Made by a program: the position numbers and the translations under genes. From positions 1 through 64,000 of the forward strand of contig JADIIX010000016.1 in the NCBI GenBank assembly GCA_027604505.1: a stretch of 64,000 bases of DNA, given 5' to 3'. Below, in pieces: positions 24,031-39,190 of the stretch; the first letter of the stretch is position 1; every line of letters starts with the position of its first letter. The notes under the pieces were generated by a model, which had not been told where the DNA came from, did no database searches, and was given only the letters and a program-made list of their open reading frames with translations. Origin of the DNA: Gonapodya sp. JEL0774 (lineage: Eukaryota).

Positions 24031-25290
24031 TCAGTCCTCCTCTTCCTCGTCATCGAATATTGATTTTAGAACCTTTGCCGGTGCCTTCTTACTTTTCTTC
24101 TTCCCATCAAGCTTTCCAGCCACCACTGCGGTGACTTTCCTTTTCTTTATCGAGGCTTCAGACGTCAAATCTTCGTCATCAACCCAAAGAGTGTGATCTG
24201 CAGGACCGGGAAGGAAGAGGGCGCTTCGGACAGCAGAAGTATCCACAGTTGTAAGCGTGTCTTCGTCCTCCACAGTGTCAGGGTCCATTGATTCGTCAAA
24301 CTGATTCTCGCCACGTCTGCTCATCCTCTGGAGTGCGTCGTCCACACCCATTCTCTTCCGTTTCAACTCTTCCAATCTTGCCACCATTGCTCTCTGTTCC
24401 ACGTCGAGGCCGTCATCCCTCTGCCCCAGCATCTCTTCTTCGTCGCGTTCCTGTAGCGCATCGGTTTTGCTCTCCTCGGTGCGGATTTCCGAAGTGAAAC
24501 GAGCGAGCTCGGCCGCAAGGTACGCCTCACGAGCCTGCTTAGCAGCAAGCGCGGCGGAACCCTGGAAGAAGTCGTCTGGGAGGGCAGGGTTGCCTGGAAG
24601 GGCTGCGGCTGGCGGGGTTTGTTTTGTGGATGGCGTCGAATGCGGTTTGGAGGATGGTACAGAGGTAGCGGGAGCAGAGTTGAATTGCTTCACCAGTGAC
24701 GGCGATGTGGAGAGAGGAGAGGTGTCGAAGAAACCTTTTGGAAGGTTAGATTTCCAGCCAGCAACAGGAGAATCGGTGGAGGTTCCGGATACTTTGTCTT
24801 CCCTTGAAGATTCCGCCTTCGAATCAAAGAACCCAGGTGGTAGAGAGCTTGACGTGACGTTGCCGTTAGAGACTGACTTTGTTTCGCTCTCATCGTCCAC
24901 ACCGTCGGAATATGCTACTAGAGCTGCATTGCGGGCGGATTTCGATCCAGCCGGGAGCTTCGACGAAACCGAAGGTACTGGAGTCTTTAGAATGTCTCTG
25001 TGTCCCTTGCCTGCGTGAGTAATTCAACAGAGGAATCAGTGTTGTATTCATTCCGGAGATTTGCAATGAGGATCAATAGTACGACCAACAACATCACAAT
25101 CTTAAGATGCGATGCACTTACTGGTCAAATGGGAATTCCATAATGACTCGTGCTTGATTTGGACATTGCAAGAGGTGCACCATAGTCGACTTTGTGAGTC
25201 GTACCGCACAAATTTCCCTTCGATCCGGCGGGCTTTCTCCTTTTCCTTGTCCCGCTTGTTGGCACTGAAAAGTTTGCGTACATCGGTCAT
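24031..25290 (-). CDS. ZNF830: Zinc finger protein 830-like splicing factor, 2 exons
   Basis: N-terminal CTSCNVQIKHESLWNSH zinc finger, three LP.(G/D)FF motifs and an ELARFTSEI coiled coil. Confidence 0.8.
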
Positions 25291-25445
25291 GAATTTCGCG
25301 GAAATGAGTGAGTTATTTGGTCATTTAGTCAGTAGTGTGGTGTCCGCCTGGATGGTCCCAAAAGGAGTTCAATGAATCCAGTGCAACCCAACCATCACCA
25401 AATCTCGCTTTCACCTTCTGGCAGAGCAGCAGGTTTCCGATCATC

Positions 25446-27105
25446 ATGTTCAAAAAGAAGAAAGATTCCACTCAGGAATCACACATATCGGCATCTCCCC
25501 CTCTAGCCCCACTGACCAATCTGGAGCCTTCGCAACATCCGACCCCCATACCTCAGGAATCGCTCAAGGTTCGATACCAGGTCATTCTGGGGCTCTTGTA
25601 TCACTCTAGATTTACTCTTGCTTGATAATATCCCTCTGTACTGGATTTGTAAGTCCATACCCGAGCAATCACACCCTCCCCTTACCACAGATCCCTCCTC
25701 AGCAGCAATTCAAGTGTTCAAGTCAGACTTCACCCCAAAACCTCGTCAGACTGCAGGCGCTAGCAGCCACCGCCGTCAAGGCACTCGAAACAGAAAGACC
25801 ACAGATTCACCTGAGCATCAGGAAGAGGCATCGCACACTGTTGAAAGCAGTCAGAAGAATGCACGCACTCTTTCTACCAAAAGAAGTTCGACAGAGGGAA
25901 ACGGTGGCACTCGATCCCGAAGCACTCCACGACGACAGACTTTGGCAAAAAAGAAAGTTGCGAGTGAATCAATGAAAGAAAGTGTCGACGGCGGTGAAGA
26001 TGCGACTGACAGCCAAATTGATGGGTCAGAAACAAAGCTTCGTCGACTTCAGAGACGGGTTGCTACGCTTCAAAATGAGGTGTCAAGATTGCGAATGCAG
26101 CTAGTTGAGAACCATCCCAAAGATAAGGAGCCCATGGTGAGCCCTTTGAGACAGCTTGGGCGGTAGTGTTGGTGCAGCCACACGCTTTTCCTTTCGCCAG
26201 AGTCCCAAAACTGTAAAGCAACCAGTCCCACCACCGGTGGATGAACAAGTTGCCCGACTCGAGAATCTCAACGTACGCCTCCGGAACCAACTTCTTCAAA
26301 GTCGAAAAGAAAACGAGTTTCTACAGCACAAGATTGAACAAGGTGAGCTTTTCATGAGCACGATTCTTCCAGTGTTGGCATTTATCCAATGTGGAATTGT
26401 CCCTGATTCTCGCCACTTGCACCATCAGGCCAGGACACAAACCTGTTGCAGAAGCTCCACGACGATGTTCACTTCCTCCGCTCCCGCTGCGACAATCTTG
26501 AGCGGGAGAATGCCTCCTTCCGCACCGTGATTGATCGGCAAGCTAAGCAACTAGTCACATACGCGAACGATATCACCCTTGCACGCGCTGGTAAGACGGG
26601 TATGCAACATGGTGACGTGCATGTAATACCGCTCTCGGGGATTGCACCAGGTGTCGGAGGACAAGTTGGAAGTGTTGGGACAGAGGGATGGGGCCCGGTG
26701 AAGACAGACGAGGGTGGCAAATACGGCGGAAACAATGGAGTAATTACCAAGCGTCATGTCACACGACGCCGAACAGGGACTGGGATGAGCGCGGAGGAAG
26801 GAGCTTCCGGTGACGACAGCTCTTCGCTTCCCAAACATGGAGGAAAAGCTGCGTCCCACATGACACAATCGGGAAAGGAGGAAGCCCATCAGTCTGGTAA
26901 CCAACAATCTAGCACTCACCAACCTGGTCCAGCGGCCGGACCAGTGAACCATGCCACAACACATCCGGGGAACACAAAGACGAGCACAACTGCGCCTCCT
27001 ACAGTTGCTCAACAATTAGCACCGCAGCAGCCGACTGCATTGCCAGCGCCCCAAGTGCAGGAGAAGACTGCTACGAAAGGAGGATTGTTCGGGAACAAGA
27101 AATAG
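25446..27105 (+). CDS. Hypothetical coiled-coil protein with low-complexity tail
   Basis: The MFKKKK start exon and ORFs 25618, 26156 and 26446 are joined by GT-AG introns. Heptad segments include LRRLQRRVATLQNEV and LENLNVRLRNQL. Confidence 0.6.
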
Positions 27106-27603
27106 CATTTAGAGACCAGACTTCAGGCTAATGAGTTGAGTTTTATTAACATATGCTCAGATTAAAGCTTTTGCGTTCAGCTTGTGTAAATACATATGGC
27201 GGCAGGAGTTGACTGTGGATGCTGACACCTGCTTGGACTTGGGAGGAAACCGTTGACCAAGAGGCACGAAAAGCGCGCACGCAGGAATCACGGGCCTCCA
27301 AGTGGGTTGCGCGACTTAATCTGCATCAAAGTTCGTTTTCGAATTCTTTTCTGGCTCCTCTCATCTCCATTTCCGTCCTGTTCCGGGGCGAAGGTACCCC
27401 ACAAAACGCTTTTACGTTGTTGTTTTCCCGGCGGGAGGTGAACTACTCTGCTCTAAGCTCCTGTAGGAAGTACTGGTACGTGTCATCGGTCCATTCAGAC
27501 AGATTTCTATCGGGTGTCTTCCACTACTGGGATAACATAGTTCTATGGGTCGTTTCCCCTGAATTGCTACATTTTATCCACCTGTAAGTTCCAGGTGTTT
27601 GCA

Positions 27604-30077
27604 ATGCAACTTCGGAGACTTGCAACGGCTTCGTCTGGGAGGATTGTTGGCTCAGGTGTGGCGGGTCAATGTGAGTTATCTTGTTCATGGCATTCTGAAA
27701 CGACCAGGCAACATTTATCTCATAACTCAAGCATTCCTTTCATCCTACGGAATCGATGCCCTAGCCCGGAGGCAGTTTTCTGCAACCACCTCCCGGCTCG
27801 CGGAGGTTGAGGTATTCATCAACGGGATGCCCATCAAGATTGAAGCTGGATCGGCTGTTATTCAGGCAGCCGAAAAAGCTGGTGTTGATATTCCGAGGTG
27901 AGATCTGAGGATCTCCGGCGCTCCTCCAACCATTTTCTTTGACACTGTCAAACCAGGTTTTGCTATCACGAGCGCCTGTCCATTGCCGGAAACTGCCGCA
28001 TGTGTCTCGTAGAAATTGAGAAATCTCCCAAAGCCGTTGCATCTTGCGCGATGCCTGTTATGCCCGGGATGAAAATCAAAACCGACACACCAATGGTTAA
28101 AAAGGCACGCGAAGGAGTCATGGAGTTCCTGCTCATTAACCACCCTCTCGATTGCCCTGTCTGTGATCAAGGTGGAGAATGTGATTTGCAGGACCAGTCG
28201 ATGAGATACGGCTCCGACCGTTCTCGACACTACGAGATTTCGGGCAAACGTGCCACTGAGGACAAAGACTTTGGCCCTCTCGTCAAAACCTCCATGAACC
28301 GGTGCATCCACTGCACACGATGTGTCAGGTTCGCTAATGAGGTCGCTGGCGCACCCGAACTCGGTACATCAGGACGCGGGAATGACATTCAGATTGGCAC
28401 TTACATCGGGAAGATACTCTCGTCCGAGATGTCGGGAAACGTTGTCGACCTTTGCCCAGTCGGTGCACTCACGTCCAAGCCTTACGCGTTCACAGCTCGG
28501 CCTTGGGAACTCAAGAAGACAGAGTCCGTGGATGTCCTTGATGCGGTTGGATCGAACATCCGCATTGACTCCCGAGGGCTCGAGGTTATGCGTGTCGTCC
28601 CTCGTCTGAATGAGGATATCAATGAGGAGTGGCTTTCAGACAAGAGCAGGTTTGCCTATGATGGTTTGAAACGTCAGCGTCTGACCGTGCCCATGGTCAG
28701 GCAGGGAAACACGTTCGTTCCCGTAACCTGGGAGGAGGCTCTTGGAAAAATCGCCACCGCAATTGCACCACTTCATGGCAATGAGATTGCGGCCGTTGCT
28801 GGAGCTTTGGTGGATGCGGAGTCTCTAGTAGCACTTAAGGATCTCCTAAACAGGAAGGGGTCTAACAACACCCGTCTCGATGGAAGTAACCCTCTGAAGT
28901 TCACCGGTCCTGCAGTTGACCTCCGCGCACCCTATCTTACCAACACTACCATATCTGGAATGGATGAGGCAGATGCATTGCTCATTATTGGTTCTAACCC
29001 GAGGCACGAAGCAGCGATCCTGAACACTCGCATTCGCAAGGCCTGGCTCCACAACAATCTTGATATCGCGCTGATAGGTGCTCCCCCAAATCTGAACTAC
29101 GAGTACGAATATTTGGGCGACAGCGCCAAAGCTCTTGACGCGATATTAGACGAGTCGCACCCATTCCACAAGAAGCTCGCTAATGCCAAAAAGCCTGTTA
29201 TTATTGTTGGATCCGCAGTTGCTGAACGAGACGATGGGCACGCACTTTTTGCGAAAGTTGCACAGCTGGTTACCAAATTGAAGAACAAAGTACTGACAGA
29301 GAACTGGAACGGGTTCAGCTTCCTTCAGCGTGTGAGTGCTTTCTATCGGAAGACACCTTGGAGGATGTCTCTTGACTCACAGCCCTCTCTTTTATCATCA
29401 GAACGCAAGTTGGACAGCCGCCCTTGACCTCGGTTTTGTACCGTCCAAGGCCGCTGCGTCCGTCAAGCCCAAATTTGTTTACCTCCTTGGTGCCGACGAT
29501 ATTTCGGCAGCGGAAATTCCCAAAGATGCCTTCGTTGTTTACCAGGGTCATCACGGAGACACTGGTGCCTACTACGCCGATGTGATCCTCCCTGGGACTG
29601 CCTACACAGAAAAGAGCGGCACTTATGTAAACACAGAAGGACGGACGCAGGTTACGCGTGCTGCGGTACCCGCACCAGGCGCTGCTCGGGAAGACTGGAA
29701 GATTATTCGGGCTTTGTCGGAGGTTGCAGATGTTGCTCTCCCCTACGACGATCTCCGCGGCGTGCGTGAACGGCTCGAAGAGATTGCACCCACACTCGTC
29801 CAGTACGATCAAGTGCAAAAGAGCAGCATCGCCGAAATGGCTTTCGAAGTCCTCACCAAAGCTAGTGGAAAGGTGTCGGCTTCGTCCTTCACTTTGCCCA
29901 TTCGGGACTACTATATGACGGATGTAATTAGCAGGTCCTCCACGACAATGGCACAATGCTCGCAAGGTATGTGGTTTGTGCATGTACTTGCACCCGATCA
30001 AAGTAGAGGTAACAGCATTCTTTGCAGCATACACCGTCGGGAAAGGGGAACCCGAGTTGGCTGTAGCTAGCGGATAA
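27604..30077 (+). CDS. NDUFS1: NADH:ubiquinone oxidoreductase 75-kDa Fe-S subunit
   Basis: [57 protein letters not shown] and YVNTEGR, with a presequence-like N-terminus. Confidence 0.98.
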
Positions 30078-30202
30078 GGGGATACAATGCAATGTATACT
30101 GTATCTGGGTGTTCGAACGATTATTGATGGAGGTGACTTGATCGCTATTTGTGAAGCAAGTATGCACCGAAGTGCGTAAGAATCGCTTTTGTCATCAAAT
30201 TA

Positions 30203-32171
30203 ATGGGAGCGGGCGAAAGCAAGCAAGAAGTGAGCCTGTCCAGTCCGCCCTCTGTGGACATATGCGTTCAAACTGAATCGTGACTCTGGAATGCGTCCCT
30301 CAGGACCCCACTCGACTACTGTTGTCGGATGAGAGAGAAGCGCTATCGGAGCTCCAGCGTTCCCTAGGAGATGGAACTGATGTTCATATAATGAAACTAC
30401 AGGTGTGTTCTTATACGAGCCAATCGCCTTGTAGGGCCTGTTTATGCATTGATGTGTTTCGTCGCAGGACCGATTTCCAGTTCTCCCTCCAACATTCCTT
30501 TCAGCACTACTGGTGTACTTCCAGCACACGGCGGCTGAGTCTGGAAGCTCAAAGAAATTTGATGCGAATGCTCGCCGCGAGACCTTCACGGTTATGCAAT
30601 TTGGCACCGCTGTGTATCGTTTGACGCGCGGTGGAATCATGGAAAAGGAACGGTTCTTTAATCTCGGCTATGCGAAGGAGAACGTTGAGAAAGAAGTTGC
30701 TGCGAAGAATTTTATTGGTGATATTGCATCGATTGGGATCGCTTTCTATGCGGGCAAGACCACTTCCGGGTATCGGGTATCGGAACGATTCATTGAGTTC
30801 CTTATGGCTGGACCCTCGACGGATTTAGCTACAGGCAGCGCGCATACGTCGTTTTTCTTCTCTTTTCAAATGTGGTTCGGTCAGAACCAGTATTTGGGGA
30901 GACTGTGGGACATCGCGTTAACCAGGATATTCTTTCTGGATCCCGCAAAGCTGGTGCGGAATCCATGCGTAATTTCTCGCATCCGCAATTTTTAATTTCT
31001 GGTAGTTTTAGGTCAACCGTGAAGGCGAGCTACGCGCGACCTCCGGCAAGCGCCCATTATTGCAGAACGGTGTGACCAACCTGCTGGCATTTGAGGACAT
31101 TTGGTATGTTTTATAAAAAATCAGAGTTTATTTGAAGGTTCAGCAAGTATGCAATGAGAACGGCTGTGGTTGTTCTTGTTCCTGTCGCGAACAGGGTTCT
31201 GGATATGAATCTGCCATCAGAGCATAAACCCCGCTGTTGGAAACGATTGTTCAACTCTGGTCAACAAGGAATGAGCTGGACTCTCTTCCAACACAATATT
31301 GAGGATGCGGGATCTACACTAATCGTTGTCAAAGGTATGCCAGACATTTAACTCGTGTCCAACAGCTGATTCTGACGAGTCGGCAGATCAAGGCGGTGCG
31401 ATCTTCGGTGGTTTCAATTCACAAGAATGGAAACCACTCCCAAAGTACTACGGAGACAATCAGAGTTTTGTGTTTCGCCTACGACCCAACATCATCATTA
31501 ACCGACCATCAAACTACAATCAAAACTTCCAGTACTTCAACCACTCGACCCAAACTTTGCCCAACGGTCTGGGATTCGGTGGTCAGATGGGTTATTTTGC
31601 TCTATGGATTGATGCGAACAACTTTGGAATCGGACATTCAAAGGGTTGGGATTTGTTTGGTGCTGCTTGCGCCTCAAGCATTAATATATTCGTTCTTCAT
31701 CTTCAAAGGTAACCCTTCTACTACCTACAATAGCCGACAACTGTCTAGCAACGAAGATTTCAAGCTAGATGCCCTTGAAGCATGGCTTATTAAGGTAGGA
31801 GGTTAACATGTGTTCGGACGCCTTGATTTGATCTTCAAATGAATTGTTTGGCACTACAAGGAGAAGGAGGTGGATCCCAACTTGCTCCCCGAGAAGGGGA
31901 AGAAGTCGATTCTAGATCATGCAGAAGAAGTCGCGTTTCTCGAGCTGGCTGGAAAGAAGGTGCGTTTATTTTTCAGCCCTGGCAGAGCTGCATGTCGTAG
32001 TTATTCATTATCAACCCTAAACCACCTGCCTCTCTTTGTACCATAGCTTTATTCGAAGGTGAGGGGAATGATTTTTTCGTACGATGTGGCGCATTCACTA
32101 TTGCTGTTCGAGTGCAGGACGTGCGAGAAGGCAACGTGGATAGGGAAGATGGCGAATTTGGTGCAGAATAG
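30203..32171 (+). CDS. TLDc-domain protein (MEAK7/Rtc5-like), N-myristoylation motif
   Basis: MGAGESK start; WKRLFNSGQQGMSW, IFGGFNSQEW, YYGDNQSFVF, NFQYFN, LPNGLGFGGQ; C-terminal FLELAGKKLYSKDVRE. Confidence 0.85.
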
Positions 32172-32256
32172 TTCAATGATTCGGGTTCATTGGGTATTTC
32201 GATTACATCGAATGGATTTCATTGAGTTGGTCATACACGATATTTTTGCTGGTGAA

Positions 32257-33280
32257 TCACTGAGTGGACGTGACAGAACGATATCATTACCCATCAAACT
32301 CATGAGGAGATTTCGGCTTAAATTGTACAGAACGCTCAAAAAACTCACGTAGTTTGATGCTTGGCGATCTGTTACGTTGTCGAGTGTCCCAGACAAGACC
32401 GACCAGCACTAAACTTCAGAAGTGGGTTTTAGATACAGGTCGAAGAGAAACATACCGTAGTTAGCACCCATGGCCTTCTTGGCCTTCAAGAGAATGTCAT
32501 CTTCACGTAGTTCGTCCATCTGGGAGCCTGAAACCTCCACAGAGTAAACTTTGATAACCTGCTCACAAACAAAGTTTGTGCATTGATAGAGCTCCATGAA
32601 AGCTGCCCGCTCAAAGTCACCTGTTTAACATCACTAATGTGCACGGACACCTTCGCTTTACGCATAACTTTTACTCCGGGGGGTACCCTTTGCACGAGGT
32701 ACAAAGAAGAGGTTGGCTCAAAGTGACCCGGCAAGCCATAAGGAGAGCTTGAGGTACAAACCAGGTCACGAGAAGGAACTTTGCGCGCTTCGACAGGCCA
32801 TCATTGGTGAGTACAAGTCGGATGTAACCTAAAACAGAAGCGTTTAAAACTCGAGAATTGTACGATCCCCGTAAGAAGATGAGTTACCAAAGGCAGCCTT
32901 GTCGTTTGATAGTTGGGACTTGAATTCGGCCAGGCCACCGGCACCTGTGTCAATGAAAGGATCGTAAGTACAAGTTGCAATTTGATTGGGGAGAGATGTG
33001 ATGTAAAGAACCTTTTCCTCCGAGCTGAATTGAAACAATTGCGTTGGTCTTATATGCTCATTGACGGAGACACCATTGACTTCTGAGCCTACCATCAGTT
33101 TGTCAGTCTTATCATCGACATACTGCATCAGCATCCAATCCGTAGGGGTGTTATCATTGCGGACGTCCTGTTCAGATGCCCGATGTTACATTGGAATCAC
33201 CACAAGAGGAAGAGGAGAATGTTCTCTGATCGTCTAACCTCGTAGGCCTCGGTGATTGCTTGGTCGGAGATAACGCTCAT
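32257..33280 (-). CDS. Coactosin-like ADF-H actin-binding protein
   Basis: AYEDVRNDNTPTDW, GKGAGGLAEF, SKRAKFLLVTW, RKAKVSVH, KKAMGANYD. Seven coding introns plus a 5'UTR intron. Confidence 0.9.
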
Positions 33281-33656
33281 AGCTGGCGGCATGATCGAGC
33301 GATTTTGGTTTCATATCATCACAACAGATGCCACAGGGAAATCAATCGGAGAGCGCTTAGGAGGTTGACACTAATCCGAACACCGATGCAAGTGCTATCA
33401 TCGACGCTCACCTGGTGAGAATGTGATGAATGGAGTTGATTGAGATTAATTGAGTGATTTTGATAAATGTGAGGGGCTGAGGGAGCAAGGTTGACCAAAG
33501 TTTCCTCTGAAAGCCCATCAGTTTCCTGTTAAAGAGTCGAAAACATGTTGACTATTAAACGGCAGCACGGAAACGGAGAAAATATGTACGCATCTCTGGT
33601 GGCGTGCTGGGCTGGTATATTTCCGAGTGCTGCTTCGTTCCGTTCAGTTTACAAAC

Positions 33657-35095
33657 ATGAGCTTTGATCTTTTCAGCGACGAACGCCTTGAAGAGAGTGA
33701 TTCTGATGATGAAGATCTCGAATTTGCCCCTTTAGAGTCTACCTCTATACCCACGGCCGAGGAACCGCCTTTGGTGCCGGTATCGCTCGAAACGGAAACT
33801 TCTCGAGCAGTTGCACCTTTGACTGCGATCGTCACAGCATCTCCACCGCAGATACGGATTGTGAACTTTGATAAAAATTGGATTATGAAGTGAGGTGCCT
33901 TGGAGAGAAGCAATGTAAGCTCGGAAGTTCTGAGCAGGTCAATTCTCCAGTCCTGTTCCTCAAGGGAAGAAAGTCCTTTGCAAAATTGTCAGGCATAAGG
34001 ATGGAATTGAGAAACTCTACCCATCTTGTGAGTTCACGTACATACTTATCTGCATCTGGTTAGCCACTCAAGGAGCATAATACCCAACTTTCACCCTCAA
34101 GATGAACTTTTTGTTGAGGAACCCGATGAGTCTCTGACATTTATTCTGGCGGCTCGGAAACGAAAAAAGTCCAAATCTAGCAACTATGTCATCACCACAA
34201 CTCGTATCACGAGTTCAAAATCAAAGGAGAATGTGGTGGCGAAAGTGCGGTGAGTGATCGTGGGATGCAGGTGAACCTGATCCGTTGAAACGTCACATCA
34301 GTTGATGGTCCCGATTCAGGTCGAACTTTTTGGGAACAGAGTTCACCATTTATGACAATGGCCGGAATCCTTTTGGGAGGAGTGAACGCCGGTTCGGAGA
34401 CAACGACACATCCCGCGCCGAACTCGCTGCCGTCCTCTACGTAAGAGAGTAAAGAGCAATTCCTTAGTCTCACGCTTCGCATAACTAGCAACTGTCTTGT
34501 CTAGGACCATAACATTCTGGGTTTCAAAGGGCCCCGGAAAGTTCGGGTTCTGCTCAATGGAATGTCACAAAGCGGAGAGCAAACATTCTGTCGACCACAG
34601 AATGTAAGTCATCTCTCAACCGGGAAGTTGTCACCGAAGGTGATCGGATTCAACACTTACTGCATTCCGCTCGTTCAGCGGAGTGAAACTCTTATTTCTC
34701 GCTACAAATATCAAAACGACTCTGACATCCTCGTCTTGCATAATAAGTCGCCACAATGGAATGAAGAAACTCAGTCTTACGTTCTTAATTTCAATGGACG
34801 GGTGCAGCTGGCGTCTGTAAAGAATTTTCAAGTTGTGTCGGAACACGATCGTGAGTTATATCTTCAAACGGATGCGGAATCCCCTGCCAGCTATACTTAC
34901 AGATGCACTTCTCTCTTGACTCTCGGCTACGTGACTATCGCTGTTCATTTTCTGTGTCAAGTTGACTATGTACTGCTCCAGTTCGGCCGCGTCAGCGAGG
35001 ATGCCTTTACCCTGGATTTCCAGTACCCACTGAGCTGCGTCCTCGCTCTCTCGATCGCGCTCACGAGCTTTGACTCCAAGATTGCGTGCGAGTGA
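33657..35095 (+). CDS. Tubby-domain protein (TULP-like)
   Basis: LAARKRKKSKSSNY, RSNFLGTEFTIYD, GFKGPRK, LHNKSPQWNEETQSYVLNFNGRVQLASVKNFQ, FDSKIACE*. Confidence 0.95.
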
Positions 35096-35250
35096 CGGGA
35101 ATAACGAAGGTCGACATGATACGGTATTCTTTTGATTCATGCTTCCGCTATGTATTGAGATCCATTTTGTAATCAATTCCACATCAAGTATCCTTTGCAA
35201 ATGGTATGGGTTATGAAGCACTCCACCGATCCACCCACGATCTAATCTTG

Positions 35251-36676
35251 TTAGTTGTCACCTGTGACGAGCTCGAGCTCCAGAAAATTAGGGTGTACAA
35301 GTTCGGTGTAAAGCAATCGTCTTAATGCCTCGACAACAAACTTTTCAATCTTTCCAACGTTTTTGAGGACAGCTGGTGGAAGGACATAAATTTGAGCAGA
35401 CAAAGCGACATGAATCACAATGTGGTGAGTGTGGTGATATGACGAACAATTGCCAAGATACCTTGTCTCCCTTTATCACCAACTTCTGAATCTATGGAAA
35501 CATCTTCAAGAAACCTAATATCACGCAAGAGCTAAATCAGATGAAACGGACGTAGTCACGAGAGGCTTACCGGTCTTTTGGTGCCGGCGTCTTAAAGCAA
35601 AAGCATATTCGGTCACCCAGATAAGAAACAAGGGCGACGGCTGCAAGTGCGGGAGAAGTGCATGAACAACCATTTGATTGAATACTCGGATAATGCATAC
35701 GAACCACTCAACGAGAATCCCGTCAATGTCATGTGTATCGGTAGTGTCATAAAGCCGGGTGTCGGATGGTGGATGATGAGTTCAGTTTGGATTTCTAATC
35801 GCATGTTGCCTGAATACTGGAGGTCAAGTTCCAACTGAGTATCCCAGGGGCCCTTCAGGGCATCAGCAGCAATTTGCATCGAGCTGTGAGAATTACCACC
35901 AAGATCGTCTGCGTGTAGGCCGGCCAATTTGACCGTATCTTGACCAAATCTTGACGGGGTTTTCTCGAACGAGTTGAGGGAGGGGCTGTTGGGTATCGAG
36001 CTGCTATTCTCGCTGCGGACGCGAACGCGATCGTCAATTTCACTTCGTGGTACGTCTCCAGACGAGGAGGCAGTGGAAGGCACGGAGGTTGAAATTCTCG
36101 GTGGTGTGGTGTGCCCTGACTTTCCCCCGTTCAAACCGAGACCAGCTCCCCACCCCACACCCAGATTACTTGAGGTAGACCTTGGTAAAATGGTGGGCGA
36201 AGGGGGTGTGCCAAGTACTGGTCCGGAGACGACACTGACAGAGTCATCAATGAGAGCAGTGGTGTCTGCTCGGCCCAAGTCATCACGGTAAACGGGCGGG
36301 TTTCGTTTCCCACCTGGTCGCTCAGGAGGTGTGTTTGGGTTCGATATAGAGTCGTCGTAGTCAGGTACATAGAATTCGGGGAGGGGATCGGTCAGGTCTC
36401 GTATTATGACATCTGGAGGAACGCTTGAGAGCAATCGAGCAGGCGCGAGCCAGATTCAAGCCAATGTCCGAGGGTAGGTCCAAAACTGAATTTTCTCGCG
36501 GTGTGGGTAATAATGGACACATGGCCGAGTTCTCACCTCCCAAAATCGAACTGTCGGACTTCGATAGCCCCGATGAATGACGGTCTGTCAATGTTTCTGA
36601 AGTGTCCGTTGAGCCATTCTTTGAGCGACTCCGCAATCGATGGATCCAGCTTTTCCCAGTTTATGTCGAGACTCAT
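35251..36676 (-). CDS. MDM12: ERMES subunit Mdm12 (SMP domain)
   Basis: MSLDINWEKLD..., RPSFIG..FDFG..PPD...DLTDPLPEFY, PGFMTLPI, SEVGD...VLKNVGKIEKFV. Confidence 0.93.
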
Positions 36677-36798
36677 TCCATAATGTGGCCACGACACGTC
36701 ATGACTGTGTTGCGCAAAACGCAACGTCTTGTGCCGAGCTCCTCGTTGGCAGCATTCAAACTTTCCGTACAATAATCTATTACTTTCTAAGGATTTCA

Positions 36799-39115
<2,317 letters not shown>

Positions 39116-39190
39116 TTTTCAAAGCATATGAATCAGAAACGTTGTTTTCGTGGTACTTGCTCACACAATGTGTTATCATCGTTCTAATTC

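Noticed and set aside
39125..39185. Box C/D-like pair (cGATGA...CTGA) in the LAT1-SER2 spacer, minus strand
   Set aside because: The C box is imperfect, the span is only about 50 nt, and I see no recognisable rRNA guide.
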